Positions 1-13,609 of a stretch of DNA of 64,000 nt are shown piece after piece. The DNA is from the human T2T-CHM13v2.0 reference genome, Homo sapiens: assembly GCF_009914755.1 (NCBI RefSeq), contig NC_060941.1; one strand, 5' to 3'. The position numbers were made by a program, and so were the translations under genes. The notes beneath the pieces are model-generated. The model was not told where the DNA came from. It did not search any database and was given only the letters and a program-made list of their open reading frames with translations. How positions within the stretch are numbered: position 1 is the stretch's first letter; each line of letters begins with the position of its first letter.

Positions 1-1256
<1,256 letters not shown>

Positions 1257-1393
1257 TAAGCCACTCTGTCGGGCTCCACCTAGTGGCGAGAGGGGGTGAT
1301 GCACCACCCAGGAAGGGAAGGCTGGGTGGGTGGGTGGGTGGGAGCAAGGGATGAAGCTCTTCTGGGTCAGCCATGGGCTTGGTTGGTGGGTAA

Positions 1394-1501
<108 letters not shown>

Positions 1502-2125
1502 TGACAAAAATGACTTCTAGGGTGAAGCCTGGGTGATGAGGCTGCTGGAAGCTTTGAAGTCTCCCATTCCCCTCATGCTATAAAAAGAACTACCTTTGTT
1601 CTCTCCCATCCTGCTCAGGTCTTTTCAGCAGTCTCATCATCAGCAACCATGACTGATGACTGGGCCCTAGCAGGTGGCAGGTATAACATGGCCATGGACA
1701 CTCTTCTTTTTTAAATTTTATGTCTAGCTTCTGAGTCTAGATGAAAGACAGTATGTTTCAGAGAACATTGGATATCAGTTTTTCCCACAGCAGGGACTGT
1801 GAGAGACAACCAGCAGCATCCTCTTTGTAATCACAGGGCAGGGATCAGAGTTTGAAATGAAATGTTGTCAGGGTGTTGGAAAAATTTTGGTGAGTTCTGC
1901 ACATTTCCCCTGGTTCAGGCTGGGCATGGACCAGCCTTCAGATGGCAGAAGTGGAAGATGAGCCTACTTGTGAGCGATGTGACTTTAAGGAAATGAAGAC
2001 TGGGGAAGAATAATTAGTGTTTATAAGACATTTAAGAGGCCCTTTTTCATATACTGACTCACTGATGAATCAGCATTTGCATTTTATGGAAAAATATAAA
2101 TCCAAAGAAATAATTTATCCCTTAG
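1502..2125 (+). other. MRPL45: MRPL45 3' UTR (end approximate)
   Basis: Follows the stop codon; only variant poly(A) hexamers (AATATA/TATAAA, ~2093-2100) followed by T/GT-rich sequence. Confidence 0.55.
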
Positions 2126-2369
2126 CCTTTGATTGTGTTCTTAATTATTAGCTGTATCAGGAAGTGTTGGGGGAGGCAGGGGCCATGGAGAGGTTGTTAC
2201 ATTTGGAAAATTCATCTGCAGTACTTGGTTCCCTGATTTCTAGCACCATTTGGAGATGGGGACTGTTCTTTCCAGCCCAGTATTGAAGGTGAGTGTACAA
2301 AAGTATGAACCTGTGCAGAGGAAAATAGGCCAGCCCCTCCTTGTTCCTTAGCTCCAGATGGGCTGTTAA

Positions 2370-2750
<381 letters not shown>

Positions 2751-3492
2751 TGTTAAGTGTTAACTATGGAAACAAAGGTATGTATATTTAGGGAAGAGAC
2801 AGCCCTGGTGTCTCTCATCAACCACTCTCATCATGCTGCTTAGTCCCAACCTTTTTGGCTTAAAGTGTACATCACTTTAATTACTGCCCAAGTGAGGTTT
2901 GGTCACATCCTATTTGCCTGAGCCCTGGATTAAGGCAAAATGAGAAGGGACGTGCTTTTGAGCAGGACCCACTGCCAGGGAGTATGGAGGAAGGGGAAAT
3001 AATCCTTGCAGGGTAAGGAAGCAAAGAAATGAAAAAAAAAAAAAAAGCACACTTAGTGGGTAAATGATACATTGATTCCTTTGAATATGTAAAAATAGTG
3101 CTTCAAATAAGCTGTTTCATCCCACTCCCCTGGATATCTCAGGGTTCTCTAGATAATCCTAAATAGGAGCTAAGCAGTAGCTGCCACCAGAGAGCCAGAG
3201 GATGAGTGCAATTTCCATTTCCCCTTGGGATTAAATCCAGCTGAGCAAATGGCCTCCAGATGTGAGGGGCTGGCTAGAAGGACCAGGCAGAGACCATCTG
3301 CAGTGTCAGCACTGACCTGGGCACTAGCAGAGCATTAGCCAGATAACCCAAAGTCCCAAGACTGCAGTGCACCTTGAGCTTTGGAGCAGGCATTGTTCTT
3401 TCCTTATCTATCTTCTGTTACTGTTTAAAAATGTTAAAAAAAGATAATCATGAATAAGCTAGAGCCAACTGCAATGTCAAGAAAAAGCATTC

Positions 3493-3530
3493 TTTATTTC
3501 CGCCCCGCCCCCCCCACCCCATGGTTTATT
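3493..3530 (-). terminator. GPR179: Two AATAAA poly(A) signals for GPR179
   Basis: tttatt on + at 3493-3498 and 3525-3530; U-rich element downstream on the - strand (~3425-3450); implies a ~1.9-kb 3' UTR. Confidence 0.7.
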
Positions 3531-5370
3531 TCACAAGAGTGTGTTTGGCGGCAACTTTGCTGTTTCCAGCTAGACCAGACCCAATGGGATTGTTTTGGGG
3601 TGCACAGCAAAATCCACTTTAGCTCAGAAGCTGTAAGGCTAACTAGCCAGAGCCCAGAACAACAACACACTTCAATTACTGCTCCAAAAGCCCAGAATAA
3701 GGGCCCTAGGTAAGAGAATGAGGACATCTGGTCCCCAAAGGAGAGTAGGTTACTCCATTCCTCTGTTCCCTTTTGGAAATGGAGTACTTTTTTACTTTCT
3801 CTGTGAAGTCCCATAACCGCCCAGCATATTTACATGCAGACTAGATGTTAATGGCTCTTTTTCCCTTTGGGTATTTGGTCTCCCTGTTTGTCTTTTTCTC
3901 CCCATGAATGACATCAATGTCTGTACTGTTGTACTGTTAGAGGGCGTGACTTACTGCCATCTTTAGTGCCCCTGTGCAGCTCTGCCTTCTCTAGCTGCCC
4001 CTTCCCCCCTCTCCCACCTCCCTTTGCCAATCTTGGGACTTCTTTGTATGTTTTTCTCCTTCTTCCTTTCCCTCTGGTATTATCATCTAATCCCAGCAAT
4101 TTGTAATCTAGTACTGCTTAAGCAAGTGTAGCCTGAACTGACGAGAGAAGGGAGCCAAGAAAGAGAGAGCTCCCTAAGAAAGAAGGCTTTGTCTTCACAC
4201 AGTGCCCTTTTCCCAGCTCTCAGGCTTCTAACTTGCCCTGTAGCACTCCTCTTTTAGAGGGCAGAAGAAGTAGAGTGCTGGCTGTGTACAGGACTGCCTT
4301 TCTTGAGCTCCTCTGGAAGGAGATTGATGTGGCCTCTTGTTACTGAGCAAGTGATTCTTGGGCGGGGAGGGGTGGGGGAGGGTGGATGGGTCTTGCATCA
4401 GAACCAGAGATTCCCCTTGACTCCAGTTGCCTTGACAAAAGAGAGAGGTCCTGTTGATGGCAGCGCTGAAAAGCTAGGGGGAAGGAAATGAGCCAGTGAG
4501 ACGAGCTCTGGAGACTGGTGAGAGCTAGGGCAGGAAGAGGGGGAGACCCCCTAAAAAACTAGCAAGAGGCACACAAGGATGTCTGGAAGGAAGAGCTCCC
4601 TTGACTGTGGGGAGGACCTGGGGCAATTGCTTTTCTTCTGTGTTCTCTCTCTCTGATGTTGCTTTGGATGCCAGATGCTGATAAGGGTGTCAGCGTGCCT
4701 GATTGTTTCTGCTTCAGCAGTCAAGCAGGGCAGGTATGAGAAGCAATAAAGCAGAAACAGGAGATTCAAAGTCAAAATGACAAGGTCCTTAAAGCATTTT
4801 CAGGCCCCTATTTTGAGTCATTTTAGCTTTTCCCCCAATTTATCTTCCGCTTCAATTAAATGGCTCTTCAGCTTTCTATGGTGGCCTTTATAGCCTTCTG
4901 TGGTCCACCATCCCTACGTTGCCAACACTTTGTATGGTTTAGTTTCTTCTCAAAAAATGCTCCATCGTAGACTTCAGAGAATTGGGTCCCCCTGTGAGAG
5001 AAGGTAGGCTGGGCACAACTGACTTTTTTCATCCCTAACAGTGGCTTTGTGGGTGAGTGTCCAGACTCGGGTGGTTTGTGTTGTGAGTACTGTAGGTGGA
5101 TGGGAGGCGTCCTTAGAAGTAGAGTGTCCAGTCTTTGTTTCCTCAAACAGGAAGAAAAGTTAGAAGTAAAGAGAGGGTGGGCCTTCCCATTGGGGTCTAA
5201 GCTGTACCCTTTTCATGCAGTTTGTCTTTGGGATGGGTTGACTTCTGGTCTTCTCAAGGAGGGGAAGTGGCCAAGCTGTCTTTGATTCAGCTCTTTGGGA
5301 ACACCTGGACTTGGAAAGGGCCTTGGCTCCTGAAAGCTAGCTCTGTGTTTGACCTCACCTAATAAGGCTG

Positions 5371-8300
5371 TTACTCCCAATCCCAAGGATAGACAGTGGG
5401 AGGGGTGAATTCTTCATACTGAGCTTCAAAAGCCACTTGGCCTGAGTCTTCAGTTAAGGACGAAGACTGAGACTCAGCTTCCTGGAGACTTGGCTCTGGG
5501 GCTAAGCTGGTCCTTGGCTCAAGCCCTGAAGGTCCTTGTAGTTCTCTGACACCTTCTAGAGTGAAAGTACTGGCTGGCCTGCTTACCTTGGGGCAGGGGA
5601 TTTTGCTTTCTGGAAAGAAGTGATCCAGAGGCCCATGGACTAAAAGGCATAGTGGTTTTTCAGGAGCTGTGGGGAAAAATTCTCTCCGAGTTGCTGTTAA
5701 AGCCAGGAGGCCAGATTCCTCAGATGGGACTCCAGTTTCCTCCCCAGGACAGATGTCTGCCATGGTACCCTTTATTTTATTTCCTTCTGGATCTGTGATT
5801 TCCCATTGGCACAGCTCTGCCATCCTGCTTCCCATGCTGCCTGCTTCCTTGGGGCTGACTTTGAGTTCTGGGTCCAGGGCACCTGACTGGGGCAAGAGCC
5901 CTCCTGAGCCTGTGCCTTCCCCAGGGCAGACTGCCTCCTGCTCTCTGGGCTTTGCTGCTGCTTTTGAGAAGTGTTCTTCCGTCCCTCCAGGTCCTGCCTT
6001 CTGAAGGAACATCTCTCCTTGCCCTTGTGATTCTCTTTCCTGTTCCCCTTCCTCTGCTGCTCCTCCACCCGCCTCCCAAGGGCAGATCTCTGCTTTCTTG
6101 GCAGAGGGAGCCTCTACCACTTCCCACAGACACACTTCCGCTACCCTGGTCTCCACACTGCCTGCTGCCTCAGAACTGCCTCTGCTTCTGTCAGAAGCAT
6201 CTGGGGCTGGCTGTGGGGACAGACCCTTGCCATCTTGACTCTCCCAGGGACACACAGCCTCCTGCTGCCTGAAGTCTGCCATCTCTGGCTTTTTCTGAAC
6301 TGGCACACCTTTTGGCTCTGATTTTTCTGGGGCTCTGCCTTTCTCTTCTTGAGAGTCCCCTTTTCCATCCTGCCTTGACACCCCTTTGACAGGGATTCTT
6401 TCAGTCACTTCCCAGGGACAGGTCTCAGCCTTGGCACTGCTGTCAGATTTATACACACCTGCATCAGGAACATCCCATGGGCACACGTCAGCGGCCCTGC
6501 CCCCAGTGCTGACCAGTCTCTGGGAGCTAGCTTTAGGTTGGTCAGGGCGCTGTCTGTCTAGGTGAGAGACGGAATCTGCTGGGGCAGTGGTCTCCCATGG
6601 ACAGACGGATTGTAGCTCATGGCTTGTTTTTTCCCCATCTTCAGTAGTGAATTCTTCTGTGTCTGCAGCTGGAGCTTTTTCTTGGGTTATGTGTTCTGGG
6701 AAGGAACCTGTCTTTGGGTCTTGTCTCAGGTCCCCCTTCTCTGTTGCTTCCAAGGAATGTCCCTCTGCCACTTCACTACTCATGCTGCTGGGCAAGTCTG
6801 AGATCTTGGGGGCCTGAGCAGGGGATTCCCTCAAGTCCTTGTTCTCCCAAATACAAATAGTTTCCTGTTGTTGACACAGTTTTGCCATCCCTTTTGATAC
6901 GTCTTCTCCCAGGGAAGTGAGTCTCCCCTTTTCTAGAGCTTTCTCCCTCTGCTCTGCTGATTCACTCCCTGCCTTTTGGTCCAATCCCTTCCCAGTAGTT
7001 CCTTCACTTACCTCCCAGGGACAGATCTTGGCTTTTTCACTGGTAGCAGCTTCCTGTGCTTCCCAGGGACACACTTCACCTGGCCTGCAGCCCATATGAT
7101 CCAGTTCCTGGAACCCAGCTTTTGGTCCATCAGCATCTAGAGTACCTGGATGCTGAGAACAGGCCCCTGGACCCACACTCCCCCAGGGACAAGCCACCTC
7201 CCACTCTGGGGTTGGCTTCTGTGGCTTCTCTGGAGCAGTAACAGCTCTCTCCCTGGGTCCAAGATCTGCAGAAACCTTGCCTGTATCATTTGGAGATTTC
7301 CTAATGGCCTCAGCTCCCAAAGCCCTTTCCTCCCCTGCTCCAGCACCCACCTCCCAGGGACAGATTTCTGCCTTCCCAGCAGTCAAGTTTTCCTCCACAT
7401 CCAAAGGGCAAATGTCGGCAGCTTTGCTTCCCACACTGCCTGACATCTGGAGAAGGGTTTGGGGTCTCTCTGTGTCTTGAGGACGTGGTTGTGGGGAGAA
7501 GCTGCCAGGGTCCACACTCTCCCAGGGGCCGACCGCTTCTTGCTTTTGGATCTGCCCCTCAGGCTTTTCCCAAGCTGTGACATCTTCGATTTCCGATTTT
7601 CCAGGCATTTTCTCCTTGTCCTTTTGAGATTCTCCTCCTCTTGGCACCTGTGCTGATGTCCATTCCTCTCTTGTTCTTTCATTTACCTCCCAGGGACAGA
7701 TTTCTGTTTTGGCAGGTGTTGCTTCCTGTGCCTCCGGCCTGAGATCTTCCTGTGGACACACCTGCGTTGCTCTGCTTCCTCCATTGCATAGGAATTGGCT
7801 ACCAGCTTTGGATGAGGAATTGTCTAGACATGGGCTGGAGTGCCCAGGGACCGTGCTCTCCCTGGGACAAACTGACTCCTGCTGTTGACTTAATTTCTGC
7901 ACTGCTTTCACAGTTTGTTCCCCCATCTCTCCAAAGCTTCCTTTTCTGGAGGCTTTTTCCTTTTCTTGAAGAGATTCTCTACCTGTCCCCAGACTCAGCA
8001 TTTCCTGCCCCATCACGTTATCATCCAGCTCCCAGGGACAGATCTCTGCTTTCTGGATAGCAGGAGCATCTCCTGCCTCCCACAGACACACTTCAGCAAT
8101 GCCACTGCCCAAACTCCCTGAACACTCTGAGCTTCCTGGGGCCTGAATTGAGACTGCTGAGGGGCCCCGGAAATCTGTACTCTCCCATGGACAAAGAGAC
8201 TCCAAGTCTCCTCCCGGTTTCTGTTCTTTCCAAAAGGTTGCTTTCCTGGTTTTCTGCTTTTCCTGAGGGAGATCCTTCACTGCCTCTTGGGCTGGTTTCC

Positions 8301-10437
8301 CATCCTCGCCTCCTTCACTTGCCTCCCAGGGACACGGCTCTGCCTTGGTGATGTCAGGGGTATGAGCTTCTGGGCCAGCAGCTTCCCACCCAGGCTTCTC
8401 CACCTTCCTGGCCTCCACACTGTCCCCCGCCTCAGATTTGTCTCTGATTCTGCCAGGGTCCTGAGGAGCTGACCCAGGGGACAGACCTCCTCGATCGGCA
8501 CTCTCCCAGGGACACACTGCTTCCTGCTCCCTCACCAGCCTCTCTGGCTTTTTCCGCATCATGGGAACCACATCTATGGGCTCTGATTTTCCCCGGGCCT
8601 CCCCTCTCTTTTTTTGGGAGTCACCTGGGTCTTGTCTTAGTGCCCTCGACTCTGGGGCTCCTTCACTCGTCTCCCAGGGGCAGATTTCGGCCTTGTTGCC
8701 ACTGTCTGGCTGACGCGTTTCTGATTCAGTGACCTCCCAGGGGCATACCTCTGCCACCCTGTGGTCAGCGCTGCCGAGGGACTGGAGGCCAGCTTTGGGC
8801 AGTTCCTGCCACCCGACAGGGGTTTCTTTTGATTGCTTGATGTTTTTGTCCCTGGAAACTTGCCTCAGCATGGCAAGCCCTGTTTTACCTGCTCTCTCAG
8901 CTTTCCGTTCCCCTAGACCCTGGGTCATCCTCCTGCCTCTGTCTTCTTGTTCCCTGCTGCCCTCCCGTTGACAGACTTGGAGCATCCTGCTGGTGTGAGC
9001 GTTCTGTTGGTTCTGGAGGGACTCCTTGTCATCGGAGGGGATAAGAGCGGCCTGCTTACTCACCGCCTTGGGCCGGCCTAGCCTGGGCGATCGGGAGGGT
9101 GCCCCCATACTCTCTCCCGCAGTCCCGCTGTTCTGCCCCTCGGGACTCTCCTCCACACTCTCCTTCTCTCTGTAGGTGCTCCGAGAACGGGTCAGAGCTT
9201 TAATCGCCAGCCCCAGGCTGCGCATGGAACCCTGCTGAACAGGGGCCTTGAGGCTGTGGGATTTAGGGAAGATCTTGGGCCTGTCTTCGTCCACATCATT
9301 AGCTTCCCTCTGGTGATGTGCATCCTCTGCGTCCATCTCATTCTCCCCAGCCCTGCTTTTCTCTACTGCAACAGAGAGGGCCCTCCAGAGCCTGGCTCGA
9401 GCTGGGGCAGGGGAGTGGTGGCCTCGCTCTGGCCCTGAGGGGCCTTCCTGGGGCACATTTTCTTGCTTGGCTGGCAGTTCTGCGTTCTCCCAGGGGCAGA
9501 TGTAGGTGAGTAAGTTGGGGCTTTGTGGGGATACTGGGACTGGTGCCAGGGCAGGGGCTGGGGTTGGAGCTAGAGCTGGCAGCAGAGCTGGAGCCAAGGT
9601 GGAGGTGGGAGATAGCATCCTTGGCTCTCCCAGGCCCCCAGACAGGGCCAAGATGGGGGTAGAAACCTGGTGCCTGATGGGTGGATGAGGCAGCCTTCTC
9701 CTAGCCTCCTCATGAAGCCTCCCAGAGGTGTGAGAGCTGTCCACGCTGCTGCTCTTGGCAGGGGAAGGTGGAGCTGACAGGGGGGCCCCTCGAGGCCGCT
9801 CCAGCCTCCTGGCTGATGGCCTCCGCACCAGGCTGGCCATGGCTGCCTTGGCCTTCTTCCGCTCCTCCCGCTCCTTTGCTTGCCGGTAGGTCTCCTCCAG
9901 GTAGGCCTGGCTGGCCATGAGCAAGGCCTTTTCCCTGGAGCTGGCCACACTGAGCGACTTCTGCAGAGAGGCGGGCCGGGCTCTGGGTAGCCTCTCTCCC
10001 ACCGTCAGGTTGTGGGCGCTGGCTGACCTGAAGCCCAGGGCAGGGGGCCCCTCCACCGACTCCCGGCTCTCTGTTCGAGAGGCCTTCTTGGCCAGCTTCC
10101 TCCTCAGCAGTGAGTCAAGAAGAGGCGGGTCCTGCTCCCTGCGCTGGTCATAGGTGCTGCGGGACTTGTGCAGAGCTGGTGTCCCCTCGGGTTCCTGGAG
10201 GCTGGAGCTGAGGAGCCGGCGGCGGGAGGAGCCGGGCAGGCTGCCGTGGCCTGGGGATCCTGAGTCCCGGGAGTGCTGCCTGGCCAGGGCCTCGGGGAAT
10301 TCCGCCAGGTACCTCATGAAGGAGCGGCCCAGTCCCTGGCATGAGCTGCCTCGCTTCTTGGGCAGGTGGGGGTTGTTTGCGGCCATTTCCTTGGTTTTGT
10401 GGACCTCTAGCTGGGCATAGAGCTTCTTCAGCTCGTC
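5371..10437 (-). CDS. GPR179: GPR179 exon 11: giant terminal exon encoding the intracellular tail with CPWE repeats
   Basis: cccacag|GACGAGCTG acceptor; 5067 nt open to TAA; summed CDS 7104 nt = 2367 aa plus stop. Confidence 0.97.
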   Translation of the reverse strand, partial: DELKKLYAQLEVHKTKEMAANNPHLPKKRGSSCQGLGRSFMRYLAEFPEALARQHSRDSGSPGHGSLPGSSRRRLLSSSLQEPEGTPALHKSRSTYDQRREQDPPLLDSLLRRKLAKKASRTESRESVEGPPALGFRSASAHNLTVGERLPRARPASLQKSLSVASSREKALLMASQAYLEETYRQAKEREERKKAKAAMASLVRRPSARRLERPRGAPLSAPPSPAKSSSVDSSHTSGRLHEEARRRLPHPPIRHQVSTPILALSGGLGEPRMLSPTSTLAPALLPALAPTPAPALAPVPVSPQSPNLLTYICPWENAELPAKQENVPQEGPSGPERGHHSPAPARARLWRALSVAVEKSRAGENEMDAEDAHHQREANDVDEDRPKIFPKSHSLKAPVQQGSMRSLGLAIKALTRSRSTYREKESVEESPEGQNSGTAGESMGAPSRSPRLGRPKAVSKQAALIPSDDKESLQNQQNAHTSRMLQVCQREGSREQEDRGRRMTQGLGERKAERAGKTGLAMLRQVSRDKNIKQSKETPVGWQELPKAGLQSLGSADHRVAEVCPWEVTESETRQPDSGNKAEICPWETSEGAPESRALRQDPGDSQKKRGEARGKSEPIDVVPMMRKKPERLVREQEAVCPWESADRGGLSPGSAPQDPGRIRDKSEAGDSVEARKVEKPGWEAAGPEAHTPDITKAEPCPWEASEGGEDGKPAQEAVKDLPQEKQKTRKATFWKEQKPGGDLESLCPWESTDFRGPSAVSIQAPGSSECSGSLGSGIAEVCLWEAGDAPAIQKAEICPWELDDNVMGQEMLSLGTGRESLQEKEKASRKGSFGEMGEQTVKAVQKLSQQQESVCPRESTVPGHSSPCLDNSSSKAGSQFLCNGGSRATQVCPQEDLRPEAQEATPAKTEICPWEVNERTREEWTSAQVPRGGESQKDKEKMPGKSEIEDVTAWEKPEGQIQKQEAVGPWESVDPGSFSPQPRPQDTERPQTLLQMSGSVGSKAADICPLDVEENLTAGKAEICPWEVGAGAGEERALGAEAIRKSPNDTGKVSADLGPRERAVTAPEKPQKPTPEWEVACPWGSVGPGACSQHPGTLDADGPKAGFQELDHMGCRPGEVCPWEAQEAATSEKAKICPWEVSEGTTGKGLDQKAGSESAEQREKALEKGRLTSLGEDVSKGMAKLCQQQETICIWENKDLRESPAQAPKISDLPSSMSSEVAEGHSLEATEKGDLRQDPKTGSFPEHITQEKAPAADTEEFTTEDGEKTSHELQSVCPWETTAPADSVSHLDRQRPDQPKASSQRLVSTGGRAADVCPWDVPDAGVYKSDSSAKAETCPWEVTERIPVKGVSRQDGKGDSQEEKGRAPEKSEPKGVPVQKKPEMADFRQQEAVCPWESQDGKGLSPQPAPDASDRSRGSSEAAGSVETRVAEVCLWEVVEAPSAKKAEICPWEAGGGAAEEGEQERESQGQGEMFLQKAGPGGTEEHFSKAAAKPREQEAVCPGEGTGSGGLLPQSGALDPELKVSPKEAGSMGSRMAELCQWEITDPEGNKIKGTMADICPGEETGVPSEESGLLALTATRREFFPTAPEKPLCLLVHGPLDHFFPESKIPCPKVSRPASTFTLEGVRELQGPSGLEPRTSLAPEPSLQEAESQSSSLTEDSGQVAFEAQYEEFTPPTVYPWDWE

Positions 10438-11513
10438 CTGTGGGGCAGCAGGGAGGAAAGCAGGGCTGCAGGTGAGCTCTCTCCATCCCCTGGCTGTCTG
10501 TTCCTCCACCCTTGCCTAGACCTTTTTCCCTTAGGGATCTCTTTCCATCAAGCTGTATCTCTTCCCTGCTTCTAAAACTCTCGTAATTCACCTCTTTGTT
10601 CCTGTGAGACCAGTTGCCAACCTGAGTCCCAGCCAGATCCAGTCAGCTCGGAGGACTCATGTGTACCCCCTTCTCTGGGGCATTGTGGTCTAGTGGGAAG
10701 TTAGTAGCTTGGGGACACTCAATATGCTGTGTCCCTGGAGGCTGTTTTCATGACCCCTCCCTCTGAGCCTCTGGATCTTCTGTAAAGCAATGTTACCTGG
10801 GTGACCAGTGTTAACTTCCTTAAGAGCATTATATGAGATTGATGAGACTAGTGGGTTTGAAATATGCAGTGTTCAGGTGTAAATGATGGAACGGGGCTTT
10901 AGAAGTCTTCTGTTCTGGGTTTCTCCCCAGATCCAGCATAGGGGCCGCAGATTGGCTTGTGTTCCAGAAAGTGGAGGGTCAGGGGTGGAGCTGCCCCTCC
11001 ATACTCCCTGGCCCTTCAGCTGGATTGGGGTCTCAGGAGGCAGGGCAGGCAGAGCTCAGAGGGTGAGGACACAAGGGGGAAACGGGCAGAGGCACTGGAA
11101 CAAGGAAGGACTCAGGAGATGCAGAGGACTCTGCTTTGTGGGCCTGTAAACAAGTCAGGTGTGAAGACGGCCCCAGTAGAGGTGGAGGGGGTGGACAGAA
11201 TGGCTTCCCATGATGGTTCCTAGACTCTGGATTGTATAAAACAATGGGCTTAGATTATCAGCTCTCCTTGTATCTTACCCACTGAGCCTCTTGTTAGGGT
11301 TCTGGTGACTATAATGATCCCCTTGAGCACAGAAATGAGAATAAGCATGCTTTTCCAGTGTAGACCCAGGAAGAACTTCCTCTAAGACCTGCCAGGTCCA
11401 GGGAAAGGGGATCCTGGTGGCTACTCACTGCCTGAACTACCCAGCCCCACAGCTGGCCCTAGGCTGGCCCTAGGTGCCCTAGGCACCAACCATCCTGCTT
11501 TGCTGGGGGCTGA

Positions 11514-11814
<301 letters not shown>

Positions 11815-12156
11815 CTGAGGGGTTTCTTAGACTGCCCCCGACCTGATGCCCCTGCTGAGTGAGAGTGGAGGATGCGAAGGAGTAGGGCTCCACTCTCGGC
11901 CCTGCCTCTAGCTTGCCACATGGCCTGAGCCTCCGGGATCTGGTTCTGGGGCTTTGGGGTCTTCCCACTTGGGTGTGTGTGGCCTCCTTTGAATAGAGTC
12001 AGGGGAATCAGTTTAGGCCAGTGGAGAAGGGAGAGGGCAGGTCTTGGAGGGAAGAGGACTTGCAGTGGCACATAGCCCAGGTGGCAGGGCCCAGTCCTCC
12101 CTCTGCCCAGTTCCTAAAAGCTAGCATTGAAAGGAGGCAGGGAGGGTGGCACATAC

Positions 12157-12303
12157 CCGAATGTCTCCAGGGTCCAGGCTGTGCTCACTCCAGGCTGAGG
12201 CGATGCTGCTGCCAAGGTAGGAGCCTGAGTGCTGCAGGTCCAGCTCGTCCTCACACACCTCATCCACCATCTCCTCCCGGGGAGGAGCCCCCAGCTTCCA
12301 GAA
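12157..12303 (-). CDS. GPR179: GPR179 exon 10 (FWKLGAPP...PGDIR)
   Basis: AG/GT boundaries, 147 nt, phase consistent. Confidence 0.93.
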
Positions 12304-12838
12304 CTGGCAGGGGCGCATAAGAGTGGGAAAAAGACTCGCCCTGGCTCCTTGTCCACTCCTGCACTCACCTGCCCTGTGGAATGCGTCCTTACTTTGTGAC
12401 GCTTCACCCCCTTCTCTGACTTGGAATTCTGGGGATCTTTAGAGTTTTACTCCCCTCATCCTCCCTGACCTTCTCTAGCTCAGACAGCAGGGTGGTTCTA
12501 AGCCCCTGACCCTGCAATTCCTAGCCGGGTCCTTCAGCTCTCCCACCTCTCCCTGTATACCTGCTTCTGAGTAGATTTTCAGAGTGTGCCAACCTTCCAG
12601 CTGCAGGAGGGAGCCCCTCCAGCCCTGGGTTTTCTTTCCCTTGCCCAGGAACTGGAAGCAGAGAGTGTCCCCACTCAAGTCAGCTCCTAGCTTAGGGCCC
12701 CTGGCACTGTGCTCACTCACCCAGCACCTTCTGTCGTCCTCACCCTGGCCTGCAGAGGGCGCTGCGGGACAACCGCTCCACAGTGGCCCTGACAGAGGGG
12801 CTGGGGTCCACCTCACAGGCAGGAGGGGAGGGCCTCAC

Positions 12839-12944
12839 CTTAGGGATGAAGATCAGAGCCAGCGTGGTGGTGACTGTGCTGTGGGTGTGGAAGAAGAAGA
12901 GGAGGAGGGTCCAGTCCGGGTGCAGAGAGGGAACCAGCACAAAC
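12839..12944 (-). CDS. GPR179: GPR179 exon 9 (TM7, ...LALIFIPK)
   Basis: AG/GT boundaries, 106 nt; class C GPCR TM7 xPK motif. Confidence 0.93.
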
Positions 12945-13609
12945 CTGGGGCGGGATAGGGGCGCAGGTCATTACTGCAGGCAGGAGTTGCCTCTTCTGCT
13001 TTGCCTTCTCACTGGCGTTTCACCTCAGCCCCAACCCTGATACGCTTAGGACGAGGGGGCATTCTGCCCTCTCCTGCCCTCTCCAGGATTTAGGTCCCAC
13101 TTCAATCCTGTTAATCCCAACCTCCAAGACGCCCTCCCAGAATACTCCAGCTCACTTTCTTTGGCTGTGTATAGCACAGACCTGTGCTCCAGACTCTTAG
13201 GCCCACTCTGTGGGTTAACTCTGCCTCCACCACAGGGTCTGGTCGTTATGGACAAACAGCAGCCTGCTGCTCTTATGGCTGAGGAGTGAGGGGAGAAGGC
13301 AGGGAGGACTGAGCATGTGTGGAAAGGGGTATGTTGGGGTGCTGGAGAGGTGCTTTGGGAGGGGTGAGGAGTTAGGAGGAAGGTCCTCTTCCTCCTCTTC
13401 TGTGTTGGGGGCCTCCTCACCTGGGCCAGGCATGGAGTACAGAAGGGGCATCTGGGGGGTAGGGAGAGAGCCAGAAGTGGGGGCCTTCCTCAACGTGCTG
13501 AGGCGTAGCAGTGTTGCCAGGATGGCATGGGATGGGGGCACCTCACCTGGGAGAGGTGAGGAGTACTGTTAGAGTGGAAGGGGGTGTGGGGAGGTGAGTC
13601 CGTCCTCAC

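Noticed and set aside
5735-8765. Recurrent ctcccagggaca(g/c)a nucleotide motif resembling a CRISPR-like repeat-spacer array
   Set aside because: It is the reverse complement of in-frame CPWE codons in a human exon; spacers are long and variable and no cas genes are present
10438-10509. N-terminal 24 aa of the 1712-aa ORF as a standalone gene start
   Set aside because: The start codon is non-ATG and lies in intron 10; a polypyrimidine tract plus CAG marks the real exon-11 acceptor at 10437
5669-10591. Many short overlapping or antisense ORFs over GPR179 exon 11
   Set aside because: Shadow ORFs of a GC-rich coding exon; no splice or homology support
11451-11487. Short ctggccctagg tandem and ggtgccctaggcacc near-palindrome; also taatgccaggc twice at ~17135
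   Set aside because: Micro-duplications too short to distinguish from slippage noise
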